Shown piece after piece: positions 24,648 to 38,525 of a stretch of 64,000 nucleotides of DNA. The stretch spans positions 6,236 to 70,235 of the forward strand of contig CAXHJY010000528.1 of the NCBI GenBank assembly GCA_964016885.1, read 5' to 3'. Origin of the DNA: Eledone cirrhosa (lineage: Eukaryota). Position numbers and translations under genes: made by a program. Position 1 is the first letter of the stretch. Every line of letters starts with the position of its first letter. The notes beneath the pieces were generated by a model, which saw only the letters and a program-made list of their open reading frames with translations, was not told the DNA's origin and searched no databases.

Positions 24648-25243
24648 GGTGGCTGCCAACTCTTTTCGAGTACGGCCACTACTTTATATCCATGTAGGAG
24701 AAACCCTACCGTTGCGCTGAACGAGTGTGACTTTTTAGTCCAGCCAGCGACTGGTACAAACACTACACTTGTGACAATTATTGATACATAGTGCTGGGCC
24801 CATGGTACCATGTGACGACAAGTGCAGAGAGATCACCATATATGAAGCAATGCCTGTGCCGTGAAGCTTTTATAGTGAGCAAAGGCACTGCACAAAGCCA
24901 GTCCCACTCTCTTAACCAAGATGATATTTACCAAAAAGAAGAACAAGTCAACATCATTGGATACCATAAGGGTTGCAGGTGTTATATCAGAGTTTTCCTT
25001 CTCCTAGAATTCTGCCTTGACAAAGGCTAAGGGGTCATCTCTCCCGGTGATTTTGGATGGCCATTGACTCTTAAGAGCTCCTTTGCCCTTTGACAGGTTC
25101 TCTTTTTAGTCCTGCAGGATCTCCAAAGTCACCCTCCTCACCAAGAAACATTGGTGGGGTTGCCAGTTTAGTCGCCAACGATCCGACCGTGGGGCAGGTT
25201 GTACTGGAATACATGTTACCAGTAGCACCAACTGGTGACCTGA
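24648..25243 (-). mobile_element. Third copy of the RTE-derived element (596-bp monomer)
   Basis: Same termini as the 22-kb copy with a single module. Confidence 0.8.
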
Positions 25244-25351
25244 CATAAACATACATATATAAGTACATACATATATGCGTATATAGGTACATACATAAAT
25301 ATGTTACATACATACGTATATAGGTACATACATGCATATGTACATACTATA

Positions 25352-25853
25352 TTGGTAAAACTTTGTGAAATTAGAAAACTAGAAGAACATATATACATAC
25401 TTATGCAGAACTGATGAGAAATCTGCAGATACTCTACCCTGATTACACCTTCAGATTTATGCCTGTGATTATTGGGGCACTGGGGTATGTTAGTAACTGC
25501 CTCAATACAAATCTTGAGAAGCTGGGCTTCACAGGAACAGAAAGAACAACTAGTTAGGAAATTACATGTACAATCCATTAATGGAACAGTAAAATTATGT
25601 AAAACATTCCAAAAATGTTGCATCTAATAACTGCATATACACGTACAGATACAAAGCATAAACACATGCACACATACAACTCAAAACATACACATCAACA
25701 CATACAATAACATCCATATCTACACATTCATGCATGCATGCATAATCTACCTAGTTGATGTTGTGTAAATTCCAATGAGAGAGTCTTGAGTCTATGTTAG
25801 AAACCAACTCTCTCTGTTGGGAAAAAATTTGTGAAATTATAAAACCAGAAGAA
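25352..25853 (+). mobile_element. RLE LINE 3' ends: 37-nt terminal fragment (25352-25388) plus frameshifted 3' copy (25402-25853)
   Basis: YAELMRNLQILYPDYTFRFMPVIIGALGYV..LEKLGF..GTVKLCKTF, homologous to the 21.4-kb peptide; both pieces end TTTGTGAAATTA.AAAAC.AGAAGAA then CATA. Confidence 0.8.
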
Positions 25854-25876
25854 CATACGTATATAGGTACATACAT

Positions 25877-26299
25877 GGTGGCTGCCAACTTGTTTTCGAG
25901 TACAGCCACTACTTTATATCCATGTAGGAGAACCCCTACCGATGCGCTGAACGGGTGTGACTTTTTAGTCCAACCAGCGACTTGAAAATTCTGGTACAAA
26001 CACTACACATGTGAAAATTATTGACAGTGCTGGGCCCATGGTACCATGTGACGACAAGTGCAGAGAGATCTCCAGATATAAAGCAATACCTGTGCCGTGA
26101 AGCTTTTATAGTGAGCAAAAGTACTGCACATAGCCAGTCCCACTCTCTTAACCATGATGATATTTACCAAAAAGAAGAACAAGTCAACATCATAGGATAC
26201 CATCAGGGTTGCAGGTGTTATATCAGAGTTGTCCTTCTCCAAGAATTCTGCCTTGACAAAGGCTAAGGGATCATCTCTCCCGATGATTTTGGATGGCCA
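25877..26299 (-). mobile_element. Fourth copy of the RTE-derived element (5'-truncated)
   Basis: ORF track 25936..26118 ends [25 protein letters not shown]. Confidence 0.8.
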
Positions 26300-26577
26300 T
26301 ACATACATACGTACGTATATACGTACATACGTATATACGTGCATACACGCATATAAGTACATAAGTACGTATATTCCTACATACCTATATACGTACCTAG
26401 ATATGTATATACGTACCTACATATACATGTACGTACATACCTACATGCTTATATGCATATATACATGTATACCTACATATATACAAACATATGTACATTA
26501 TATGTATACGTACATTTATACAAACGTACATTATATATACGTAGATACATACGAATATATATATATTTATATACAGT

Positions 26578-26942
26578 AGAATGATCGAGAATCGGAATAT
26601 CGGCCCACAAAATCACGATAAACAATATCCGACATGTGTGGCAGAGGGCTCAATAGTTAACTATCGTTAAAATACCAACACACAGAGATATACAAATAGT
26701 AAAACAATGAAATTAAACAAAAACCGGTTAATTCATAGTAAAAATAATTATTTTACGATCGTTTCTGGGGTGTAGTTCCCCGTATGCCCATTCTATTATT
26801 GATCTATGTAAAATATATTACAAAATATCATAGTAAGAAAATATACATACGTCTTCACTACTCGCCGTTTTCACCGTCTTCACCGTTTTATGAATTAACC
26901 GTTTTCTGTTTAATTTCATTGTTTTACTATTTGTATATATCA
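26578..26942. mobile_element. Fold-back PLE mini-element (61.7-kb family)
   Basis: Inverted arms 26688-26736 / 26889-26940; ~110-nt unpaired tail on the left; minus strand TGAAGA...GAAAC-GATC-GTA-AAAT. Confidence 0.7.
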
Positions 26943-27084
26943 TTCTGAATATATATGGCGTTATTTTGACAGAGTTCTCAGAGCCTTAGGCTTTGATGCG
27001 TTGGCATATGTATTCCTTCTCCCTAAGCAAGTGTTCGAATCACATTCAGATTTTCTTTGCTATACACAATTACACAATAATGTT

Positions 27085-27520
27085 TCCTTATATAGGCACA
27101 GCCCAGCAATTTTCTAGTCAATTAAATCAACCCGAATGCATTACTGGTACTTTATTTTATCGACCCCCGTAAGGATGAAAGGCAAAGTTATCCTCGGCGG
27201 ATTTGAACTCAGTTCGTAAAGGGCCGTAACTCTATGCCGCAAAGCATGGTTTTAGTTTATACATTATATATGGTTTTTAGTTATATATTTATATCTATTA
27301 TGAAAATATATATACAGCAACCGCCATAATGATTTCTATTATAGGCACAAGGCCAGCAATTTTCGAGAGGTGAAGGAAGTTGATTAAATCAACCCCAGTG
27401 CATTACTGGTACTTTATTTTATCAACCCCGCAAGGATGAAAGGCAAAATTAACCTCGGCTGGATTTGAACTCAGATCATAAAAGGCCGACTCTCTACCGA
27501 TACTGCCAATCCACCGCCCT
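27085..27520 (-). mobile_element. Two family A SINE copies (27085-27250, 27332-27520)
   Basis: ACTGGTACTTTATTTTATC.ACCCC..AAGGATGAAAGGCAAA..GGATTTGAACTCAG occurs twice. Confidence 0.85.
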
Positions 27521-27632
27521 CAATAGAATTACATCTTCCACATTATATATACACAAACACGTAGAGAGTAGAGCTCAGCTAAGCCGGCCATTACCATAAC
27601 TCCGCTCTAACGAACGTTAGCGTTCATATATT

Positions 27633-27931
27633 CTGGCACTCGGTCGGTTACGATGAAGAGTGTTCTAGGTGCTACTTTAAACGGGACAGCCTGCTCATGA
27701 AATTAACGTGCAAGTGGCTGAGTATTCCACAGGCACGTACAGTTAATTCAGCGTGATAATGACTGTGACAAGTGTGGCCTTTCAAATTAAGGCTACAACC
27801 CATTTTTGCCAGCTGAGTGGTCTGGAGCAACGTGAAATAAAAAGTCTTGATCAAGGACAAAACGTGCTGCCGGTAATCGAACTCACGGCCTTACGAGTCT
27901 GAACCAAATACCCTAACCAAAAAGACACGCG
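27633..27931 (-). mobile_element. CORE-type SINE (family B), near full-length
   Basis: Minus strand has a tRNA head with GAGTTCGATTACC, CCTTGATCAAGAC..TTGCTCCAGACCACTCAGCTGG core and GTAACCGACCGAGTGCCA end. Confidence 0.75.
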
Positions 27932-27971
27932 TCTTCAAAAATAATATAAAAAACAGATTCCTGTTATACGG

Positions 27972-28431
27972 AATATATATATATATATAAATATATAAAT
28001 AAATATATAAATAAATATATAAATAAATATATAAATATATATATAAATAAATATATATATAAATATATATATAAATAAATATATATATAAATATATATAT
28101 AAATAAATATATATATAAATATATATATAAATAAATATATATATAAATATATAAATAAATAAATATATATATAAATATATAAATAAATAAATATATATAT
28201 AAATATATAAATAAATAAATATATAAATAAATAAATATATATATATATATAAATAAATATATATATATAAATAAATATATATATATAAATAAATATATAT
28301 ATATATAAATATATATAAATAAATAAATATATATATATAAATATATATAAATAAATATATATAAATATATATATAAATAAATATATATATATAAATATAT
28401 ATATATATAAATATATATATATATAAATATA

Positions 28432-28465
<34 letters not shown>

Positions 28466-28584
28466 AATACATATATATATATATAAATACATATATATAT
28501 ATAAATATAAATATATATATATAAATAAATATATATATATATAAATATAAATATATAAATATATATATATATATAAATATATAT
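27972..28584. repeat. (TA)n/(TAAA)n microsatellite
   Basis: Direct reading. Confidence 0.95.
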
Positions 28585-28621
28585 TCACAAGTGTTTTTTA
28601 AGCTTCATATCATGTATCCCT

Positions 28622-28687
28622 ATTTTATCTGATGTAAACGCAGATATCCCATGATGATATTTGTTTTTGAAATGCGCATAATAAAAT
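28622..28687 (+). ncRNA. Type I hammerhead motif in a PLE pseudo-LTR remnant (28585-28720)
   Basis: ATTTTAT-CTGATGT-aaacgCAGATATC..GATATTTG ttttt-GAAA-TGCGC-ATA-ATAAAAT: 7-bp stem I, palindrome ATGCGCAT; sister copy at 59668-59736 (-) has CTGATTA, so the consensus is CTGATGA. Confidence 0.75.
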
Positions 28688-28718
28688 ACTTGGAACTCCT
28701 TTAACCATATTTCGATCT

Positions 28719-28754
<36 letters not shown>

Positions 28755-28756
<2 letters not shown>

Positions 28757-28916
28757 CGAAGGAAATGTGGTAAGGAACCAGGTGGACCATAACGCACCAA
28801 AGTACTCAATACTTGGGGTAGTAGAGTGGGTAATAGGAACCAGTAAGACCCCGACGGCTGAGTCCAGAATTAGCCGTCGTAACGGCTTGAGCTAAGCCGT
28901 CGGGGTCTTACTGGTT

Positions 28917-28920
<4 letters not shown>
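28755..28920. mobile_element. Fold-back PLE mini-element (47.4-kb family)
   Basis: 79-nt tail on the left matches 47523-47601 inverted; arms TAGGAACCAGTAAGACCCCGACGGCT / AGCCGTCGGGGTCTTACTGGTTCCTA; (TA)n on both sides. Confidence 0.8.
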
Positions 28921-28959
<39 letters not shown>

Positions 28960-28967
<8 letters not shown>

Positions 28968-29137
28968 GACGTAAAATAAGAAAATTTAAAAAAAATGTTT
29001 TAATTTCCTTATTTTACGTCTTTCATATAATTGTTCTGCATCCTCCTGCATTGAACCACCTGGGTACTATGACATAACTTATGTATTTGCTAGCATTAGT
29101 GTACATCTGTACGCAAATGTTGGTAGATATACTAATT
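28960..29137. mobile_element. Fold-back mini-element (6.4-kb hammerhead family 3' end)
   Basis: TATGAAAGACGTAAAATAAG / CTTATTTTACGTCTTTCATA inverted pair plus tail; the arm is identical to 6538-6557. Confidence 0.7.
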
Positions 29138-29278
29138 CTCTCTCTCTATATATATATATACATATATATGTGTGTGTTTACTGAGGTGAGATAAGAGAAA
29201 GGAAAATAAAATGAATAACTTACTATTTTTAGAAGCAGAAAAATTAGTACTTCTTTGAAATTAGTATAGAAATGTACA

Positions 29279-29560
29279 GAGGTGGCGAATTGGAAACGTC
29301 AGCCATTAGAACGGGGAATAGAATGGTTTGGTGCAATCCTTCCGGCTGTCTTAGGTCAAATCTTGTTGAGGTCAAATTTGTTTCTCATACTTTCGAGATC
29401 GATAAAAACAAAATGTACCAGTCAAGCATTAGGGCCGCTTCTTCCTATAAGTCTATTTCTAACTTCCTTTTACTCTCTTTCTTTCAAAGAACTCGGCTTC
29501 TATCGTTGTGCTTTCATGTGTAGCAGTCCAGAAAGGAATAAACGCCGAAAAACGTTGAAT
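29279..29560 (+). mobile_element. tRNA-derived SINE, family D (degenerate)
   Basis: GGTGGCGAATTGG head, GATCGATAAAA..GTACCAGTCAAGCA domain; 3' similarity to 48.3-48.6 kb. Confidence 0.6.
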
Positions 29561-29762
29561 TTTTCTTCTTTTATAATAGGATAGTCCATTTAGTAAATGG
29601 GGGAGAGGGATCAGTTCATTTAAGAAATTATTAAATGTAAATTTTCTCTCCAGTATAAAATTAATGTATCTTTCTTGGCAGTTTCAAATCATTCTAGACA
29701 GATTCAAATCTTGAACAGATGTTTTCCAACATCCGCTACTTCAAACTTCTTTCTCTCCCTCA

Positions 29763-29804
<42 letters not shown>

Positions 29805-29810
<6 letters not shown>

Positions 29811-29990
29811 TTATTGTATAGAAGGAGCTTCTACAGGACTAGTACTGTTTCATTCTTCCTGAAGATTTCATCTGAATGAAAGAGTACTAGTCCTGTAGAA
29901 GCTCCTTCTATACAATAAATATATTTTACTCTGTCATGTATTGAGTACCTTACTTACTGTGGTTATCCCCGACTCAACCCGGGACCTACG
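29805..29990. mobile_element. Fold-back PLE mini-element with hammerhead-like core
   Basis: 51-bp inverted arms 29805-29855 / 29874-29924; CTGAAGA(29859)..GAATGAAA.AGTACTAGTC; 66-nt tail; (TA)n flanks. Confidence 0.8.
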
Positions 29991-30635
29991 TATATATATA
30001 TATATATTGAAAAGTAAACCTCATTTGGTCTTTCCATGAGAGTATCTTGGTCAGCTTATGACTTTTTCACCGGGCCCTCGTGTCTCTTTCTCACTTCTTC
30101 TCTATGATGTCCTTTATTCTTTCCTTCTTTGGAAGAAATCAGCTGCGTTATGACCTGTAGAGAAGGGATTCCTGCACCAGGGTTATAAGACCCACCATAT
30201 ACCGTATGAAAAATGATTCTCACTTGGTCATTCAATGAGATTATCTTGGTCAGCCAACCCTTGTATCAATACAGTGTTGTTGATGTTTGTTAGTGATGTG
30301 TAGAAGTCGGCGAGTCATTGTTGTCCTAAATGGTCTCTGATTTAGGTACAAAGGCAACAATTTTGGGGGAGGGGGAGACAATTAAATCGACTTTATTTTG
30401 GCAACAATGTTATGGCACTTCAATTCTATCGAAAGAGAGATACTTCCGAGTTACATTCAGTAAAAAATATCTTTAAAAGATAATTCAAATAGTTATAGTA
30501 AAAACTACGAGACAGATTGTTGCAAAGATTTTCAGTAAATAAAAATAAAACATTAAATTATTAAAATGGTGTAGATATAGTGCTATTGTTTACTGTTCAA
30601 AAATGTTTTGCTAATGTGGTTTCATGATATACAGG

Positions 30636-30796
30636 CAGACCTGCCAACTTCTAAAAACCCACACGGGGAATAACATGAAAAAAAGGAGAAATAAGGTAAA
30701 ATGGAGAGGTTTTACATCATGAAAGCTATAGCCATTTTCACAAGAGAATACATCTCTCACCCACCCCAAAATGGGTGGGAGGAGTTGTCAGGTCTG
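30636..30796. mobile_element. Putative hAT-like MITE
   Basis: TIRs CAGACCTGCCAACTTC / GGAGTTGTCAGGTCTG (14/16); target-site duplication not convincing. Confidence 0.5.
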
Positions 30797-31529
30797 TGTA
30801 GATGCAAAGCTGTTGTGTAATTTTCAAGAATGTTTTGCTAATGTGGCTGCAAACAAAAATAAAAACTTTAATTTGCAAAGTAGTGTAGATATAGTGCTGT
30901 TTTGCTGTCAAGAACTTTTTGCTAATGTGGTGTCATGAGGTACAGGACGTTACATAATCTAAATAACAATTGTGACTGTTATTTACTTATTTTATCACAT
31001 CATGCTGTTCTCCAGGTGGTGTTGCTTTCACAATTGTAAAATATGTTCCTAGTAATTTGTCTATGTCAAATTTCTGAACGCGCTGCGACTTAACAAATGA
31101 AATATGTTTTTTACTAACACAATTAAGCAATGTTATGGTATTAAGAAACACCTGCTATTTTTGTTATTCTTTATATCACTGTTGAAAAACATTTCATCTT
31201 ACATTAAAAGCTTATAATGAATGACAAAAAATATATTATTTTATAAACACTGTTTTTATCGTCTTATATGTCCAGGGTTCGATTTTATATTTGTCAAATG
31301 CCACGGCTTAAAATTTAAATAAAAAAAATATTTCTAATGTGGCCCACCTTTACAAAACATTTTCTAGTCCCTATTAAAAAGCTTTTTCTTTTTGGGGCAC
31401 TTGATATAGGCTGAGAAACAGTATTTTCTCTGTTAAAATTGAATAAAGAATTATATCAGAATATTCGCTTTAAAGTTCTCTGTGTATTGTTATTTTGAAC
31501 TGTAGGGATATTATTTTTGATTATAGAGT

Positions 31530-31720
31530 AATGGATTGGCAGTATCGGTAGAGGGTCGGACGCCATACTTTCCAGCATAGAGTTATGTCCCTTTACGGTC
31601 TGAGTTCAAATCACGCCGAGGTTAACTCTGCCTTTCATCTTTACGGGATCGATAAAATAAAGTACCAGTAATACACTGGGATAATTGCTCTCCTTGTGCC
31701 AAAAGTAGAAATAATTATTA
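31530..31720 (+). mobile_element. Family A SINE, full-length
   Basis: TGGCAGTATCGGTAGAG A-box, GAGTTCAAATC B-box, central domain, AAAAGTAGAAA-(ATT) end. Confidence 0.88.
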
Positions 31721-32017
31721 TTTTGGATTGTGAATTTAAAATTTGGTGTATCGTTACTGCATATGGTGCGTGGCTCGGAGATCTTGGAGTCGCTCTAAGT
31801 GGAGCCGCTATTTTGAGAGATCCTAGATCCGGTACTACATTCTAAAGGAATCGCAAGGTAGAGGTTACAAGCAAAGCCACCCGCAGAATCCCCATGGTGG
31901 GTGACAATCAAGATGGTTGGAAAACATCTATAAGCTCGGTTGGTCTCGCATGAGGATCCACCCAGTAGATTTCGAGGTGACCTTAGAAAGAAATGGGCGA
32001 AAAAGAAGAAATTATAT

Positions 32018-32212
32018 TAATTGTTTCTACTTTTGGCACAAGGCGAGCAATTATCCCAGTGTATTACTGGTACTTTATTTTATCGACCCCCGTAAGGATG
32101 AAAGGCAGAGTTAATCTCGGCGGGATTTGAACTCAGACCCTAAAGGGTCGTAACTCTTTGCTGCAAAGCATGGGCGTCCGACCCTCTACCGATACTGCCA
32201 ATCCACTGCCCA
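32018..32212 (-). mobile_element. Family A SINE, full-length, inverted relative to the 31530 copy
   Basis: Reverse complement closely matches 31530-31720. Confidence 0.88.
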
Positions 32213-32591
32213 TTTTAGACACAACCAGTCATTTCATTGTTTCTATCTGGAAAAAAAAAATTGGCTGCGTTCCGACATGGAAAGCGATAGGATCTAGAAG
32301 GTTTCAATGACCAAAGAAACAGAGTTTGTCATGATGGCGCCCATAGAACACCAGCAATAGTTAAGGGCTTTATTTCATTATATTTTTCTGAAAAAACTTT
32401 CGGATTAAGCAAATAAAACCGCGAGACAAAACAATATGGTGGGAATTCGTATCATTTGCATGATACGAATTCCGTTTTTCTTTTCATAAATTTCAACGCA
32501 TTGACAGATACATACATCACGAAACACAGACCCAAGCACATTAACAATGTCAAATACTGCCCTCCCGCCGGTATTTCTTCTAGTATACACC

Positions 32592-32646
<55 letters not shown>

Positions 32647-32685
32647 TATATATATATGTATATACACATATATATATATATATAT

Positions 32686-32826
<141 letters not shown>

Positions 32827-32907
32827 AACAGATGCATATATTTCAACTTGTTAGCAGCACCTTTTGTATAACACGTATCAAGGGGACTCTTGTGACTAAT
32901 TAAATTA

Positions 32908-32957
<50 letters not shown>

Positions 32958-33279
32958 ATAATAATAATAATAATAATAATAACATCAATGTCTGAGACTC
33001 AAGGAGTAATAACAATAATAATAATAATAATAAAATTAATGCTGTTCATATTATCATCTCGTCCAGACAATTAAATATATTCGTGATTAAGAGTTTGTAT
33101 TTGGTGGCTGTCTCAGAGATAATTTCTTCTTGGAGTAATTAATTCTGAAGTTTCCTCAAGAATTGGCATTACGTATGCTGCTGTGTACACATTATTACGT
33201 ATATGGACATATTTATACACTTGTAAGCACACACAAGGCCGCACACACACACACACACATACGCACATACTCACACACA

Positions 33280-34860
<1,581 letters not shown>

Positions 34861-35205
34861 GCGTGTGTGAGCGTGTGTCTTTTTGTGTGTGCGTGTTTGT
34901 ATTTCCTAATTTCACTGAGTATATCGACTGATAATCGATAATCAAAAGTATCTCAAGAGAACAAAAACGACACAAAACCTACAAAACAAAAACCAAAACG
35001 AATACAGCAATGTTTTTTAAACCATATAATAATAGCTGCTATTTTCTGTACTTATTCTGCAGATAATTATATTTCAATTGTTTCCAATCACAAAATACAA
35101 CAATAAAATCATATTAACAAACAACAGTGGTGACATATAACATCTGAGATGATATACCTCATACATACATACATATAAATATTCTCATGAACGTAGATGC
35201 ACACA

Positions 35206-35249
<44 letters not shown>

Positions 35250-35250
<1 letters not shown>

Positions 35251-35612
35251 CGCAGACCAGACCATCTCTTCCTCCCGTTAGACCTGTGCGAAATTCCTTC
35301 CTTGCTCACATTTCAACCAGGTTTGATGGTCTTTATTCTCTCGTTCACGATTTCACCGAACTTAAATTCATAGAAATCTGGGACTTGTCTCCTTCTTCCT
35401 CACTTTCTGTTGCCTCACCATTTTGTTTGTTTACCCTCGCGTCCCCTTTATTTACGTGTCCCAACGACTTTTTTTAGCCGTTGCTCGCACCAACCGGAGG
35501 TATATGGTCTTTAAAGCGCTGAAATGCCTATGATAGTTGGAAGATCACTGATGAAGGACAAACGTTTTTCATATGTAACCCATTTGCAACTCCCCAGCGC
35601 CCTTATTATAAT
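35250..35612 (+). mobile_element. Interspersed repeat (PLE-like 3' remnant); sister copy 39140-39520 (-)
   Basis: Colinear ~360-bp similarity (both translate PPVRPVRNSFLA.ISTRFDGL in the track); CACTGATGAAGGAC half-ribozyme at 35546; TA-flanked. Confidence 0.6.
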
Positions 35613-35963
35613 ATTTACACATATATATAGGGAGTGTAACTTGGAGTTACTGTAGGTTCACCCGGGTGACCACTCTTTTCAATATATATATTATTTTGTT
35701 CCTTTAACACCTTGTCCCTTCTACCATTTTATCAATTTTTTAAGCTAACTCCAACAATAACAACACTTAGAATGAGGAATGTTCTAATAACTGACCAATG
35801 AGAGGAGAAGAGGCCCTTTGACACTGAAATTCCTTTGTTTGAATGCATATGATTCCAGTTCCTCAGTGAAATAACAACCCAACCAGGAACTGGGCATATC
35901 AGAGTATTGACAATATTATACACCTCAACAACACATGTACTTGTCTATACCACACTAATTCAA

Positions 35964-36018
35964 ACTGCCTGAAGAGGTCACAGCCAAAGATGGCTGTCAC
36001 TGAAATATATATAGCAGT
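35964..36018 (+). ncRNA. Type I hammerhead ribozyme motif
   Basis: ACTGC-CTGAAGA-GGTCACAGCCA-aaga-TGGCTGTCACT-GAAA-TATAT-ATA-GCAGT: 5-bp stem I, ~10-bp stem II, palindromic stem III; the 3' half recurs at 40145-40220. Confidence 0.85.
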
Positions 36019-36398
36019 AATAAACGAAGCTAAATTTTAAACATTTGACTTTTTATTTAACTTTATATTACATTACTCCGGAGTAACCAAACCAACCTGC
36101 GCACTTCGTTGAGTGCTCCAGCATGCATACTGAGGTGTTGGTATACAACCAACATATACTAAAAAAAATATATATATATATATATATATATCACATAAGA
36201 AACGGAGAATCTCTGGCGAACAGCAAGAGGCACGATCGATGCGATGATCCAAGCTGACTCCGAAATCGCAAGATCCACAGATACATCTCGATTCGTCGAA
36301 GCAGAGTTTCAACTCGGATGCTCTACCGACACTACCAATGCATCGCCAACCATTTTGGGGGAAAGAGTTGTTAAAATCGATCCAGTGTATTACTGGTA

Positions 36399-36993
36399 CG
36401 TTTCTTATATGATATTATACTCTCCGTTTCTTATATGATATTATACTGTCCATTTCTTATATTATATTATACTGTCCATTTCTTATATGATATTATACTG
36501 TCCATTTCTTATATTATATTATACTGTCCATTTCTTATATGATATTACACTGTCCGTTTCTTATATTATATTATACTGTCCATTTCTTATATGATATTAT
36601 ACTCTCCGTTTCTTATATGATATTATACTGTCCATTTCTTATATGATATTATACTGTCCATTTCTTATATTATATTATACTGTCCATTTCTTATATGATA
36701 TTATACTGTCCGTTTCTTATATGATATTATACTGTCCATTTCTTATATGATATTATACTGTCCGTTTCTTATATTATATTATACTCTCCGTTTCTTATAT
36801 GATATTATACTCTCCGTTTCTTATATTATATTATACTCTCCGTTTCTTATATGATATTACACTGTCCGTTTCTTATATTATATTATACTCTCCGTTTCTT
36901 ATATGATATTACACTGTCCGTTTCTTATATTATATTATACTCTCCGTTTCTTATATGATATTACACTGTCCGTTTCTTATATGATATTATACT
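36399..36993. repeat. 26-bp minisatellite, ~23 copies
   Basis: Unit C(G/A)TTTCTTATAT(G/T)ATATTA(T/C)ACT(G/C)TC; TTTCTT at 36401, 36427 and onward; no unique spacers. Confidence 0.92.
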
Positions 36994-37081
36994 CTACTCT
37001 GTAAGTGCATCGAGATCTCATACGGCCTACCGCATACGGACGGTTTAAGCACCCCACACCAAATTATATATATATATATCT

Positions 37082-37190
37082 AAAGTCTGTCTTAAGCCAG
37101 AAGGCTCATTTGGCCGGTGCTTATCCCGGTCTCATGGCGTGAAGCGACTGAGAGTACAAGACTCCCCCTGGACAGGACGCCAGTCCATCG

Positions 37191-37191
<1 letters not shown>
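37082..37191 (-). mobile_element. Family C SINE 3' fragment (V-like domain)
   Basis: Reverse complement TGCGATGGACTGGCGTCCTGTCCAGGGG..TCAGTCGCTTCACGCCATGAGACCGGGATAAG. Confidence 0.7.
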
Positions 37192-37237
<46 letters not shown>

Positions 37238-37288
37238 TAAACGGAATAGAAAATGGTGACAAATTGTCAGCATTTATATATATATATG

Positions 37289-37338
<50 letters not shown>

Positions 37339-37374
37339 TATATTGGTAAACGGAATAGAAAATGCTGACAAATT

Positions 37375-37577
37375 GATCGACACCGGAAGATGAAAGCCAA
37401 AGCTAACTTCGGTGATATCTGAACGCAGAGGGCGGTAACTCTATGCTGAAAAGCATGCTGTCGTTTAAATCGACCCCAGTGCGTTATTGGTACTTTATTT
37501 TATCGTTAAGAATGACGTACTCATATGTCGTAAATCATGTTGTCGGACGCTCTACCGATACTACCAATCCACCACCT
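37375..37577 (-). mobile_element. Fragmented family A SINE pieces
   Basis: GATGAAAGCCAAAG, GTAACTCTATGCTG, GGTACTTTATTTTATCG and GGACGCTCTACCGATACTACCAATCCAC segments. Confidence 0.65.
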
Positions 37578-38242
37578 TTCATTGCGGTAATAATAATGTA
37601 TGTGTTATCTACGTTTTAAACCGAGTCTTTCCATTAACCACCATTGTATATCTCTCCCTATCTTTGTAAGATGCTATTATTTTGCAGATAGATAAAAGCA
37701 AAAAAATAATTTCCTGCTGGTTTTCAAGAGAAATGCTTTTAGGTTTTTCATGTTAATGATTATGATGATGATGATAAGATAATAATAAAGATGATAATAC
37801 ATGCGATGAAAATGATAACAGCGAAGATAATAATGAAAATAATGCATGTACTACCCTCGATTGAATAATAGCTATCTGTGTTTTATCACGATCGTTGAAA
37901 AACTCTATATTAAACTATATGCAATGCCGAAAAAACAATAAAGGAAGCGCGAGAAAAATGGCTATATAGATTCGTAAAGGCGTGATATTGTTCTGTTGAG
38001 GGTAATTTTCGCACCAGATGTAATATCAGGAGCAGGATATCATCATGTGGGCCATGAAATATTACTCTGGTATGTAAATGTAATAATACACGCATACATA
38101 TATGTATGTGTGTGTGTGTGAGGGGTGGGGGCGTATATGTATATACATGTATATATTTATAGACATATATGTGTGAGTGTGTATGTATCAATATATATTG
38201 TTTTTATATACGCATATATAAATATATATATATATTGATTAT

Positions 38243-38277
<35 letters not shown>

Positions 38278-38368
38278 AACATTATATACATAAAAATATA
38301 AATAAATATATATATTATATATATTATATATATTATATATATACAAATGCATATATTTAAAAATACAT

Positions 38369-38403
<35 letters not shown>

Positions 38404-38486
38404 CCACCTACCCCCCACTCTCCTGAGCGTGAATTTAATAAACATTTATCGTACTGCCTCTCTGTTCTGTCCCTGTTCAATTTTTC

Positions 38487-38525
<39 letters not shown>

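Noticed and set aside
25155-25243. Complete HDV-like ribozyme at the 5' end of the RTE-derived element
   Set aside because: P2, P3 and a CTAA J4/2 look-alike are visible, but no P1 helix could be paired; kept only as a hypothesis.
36399-36993. CRISPR-like regular repeat array
   Set aside because: Contiguous 26-bp tandem units without unique spacers, no cas genes, eukaryotic context.
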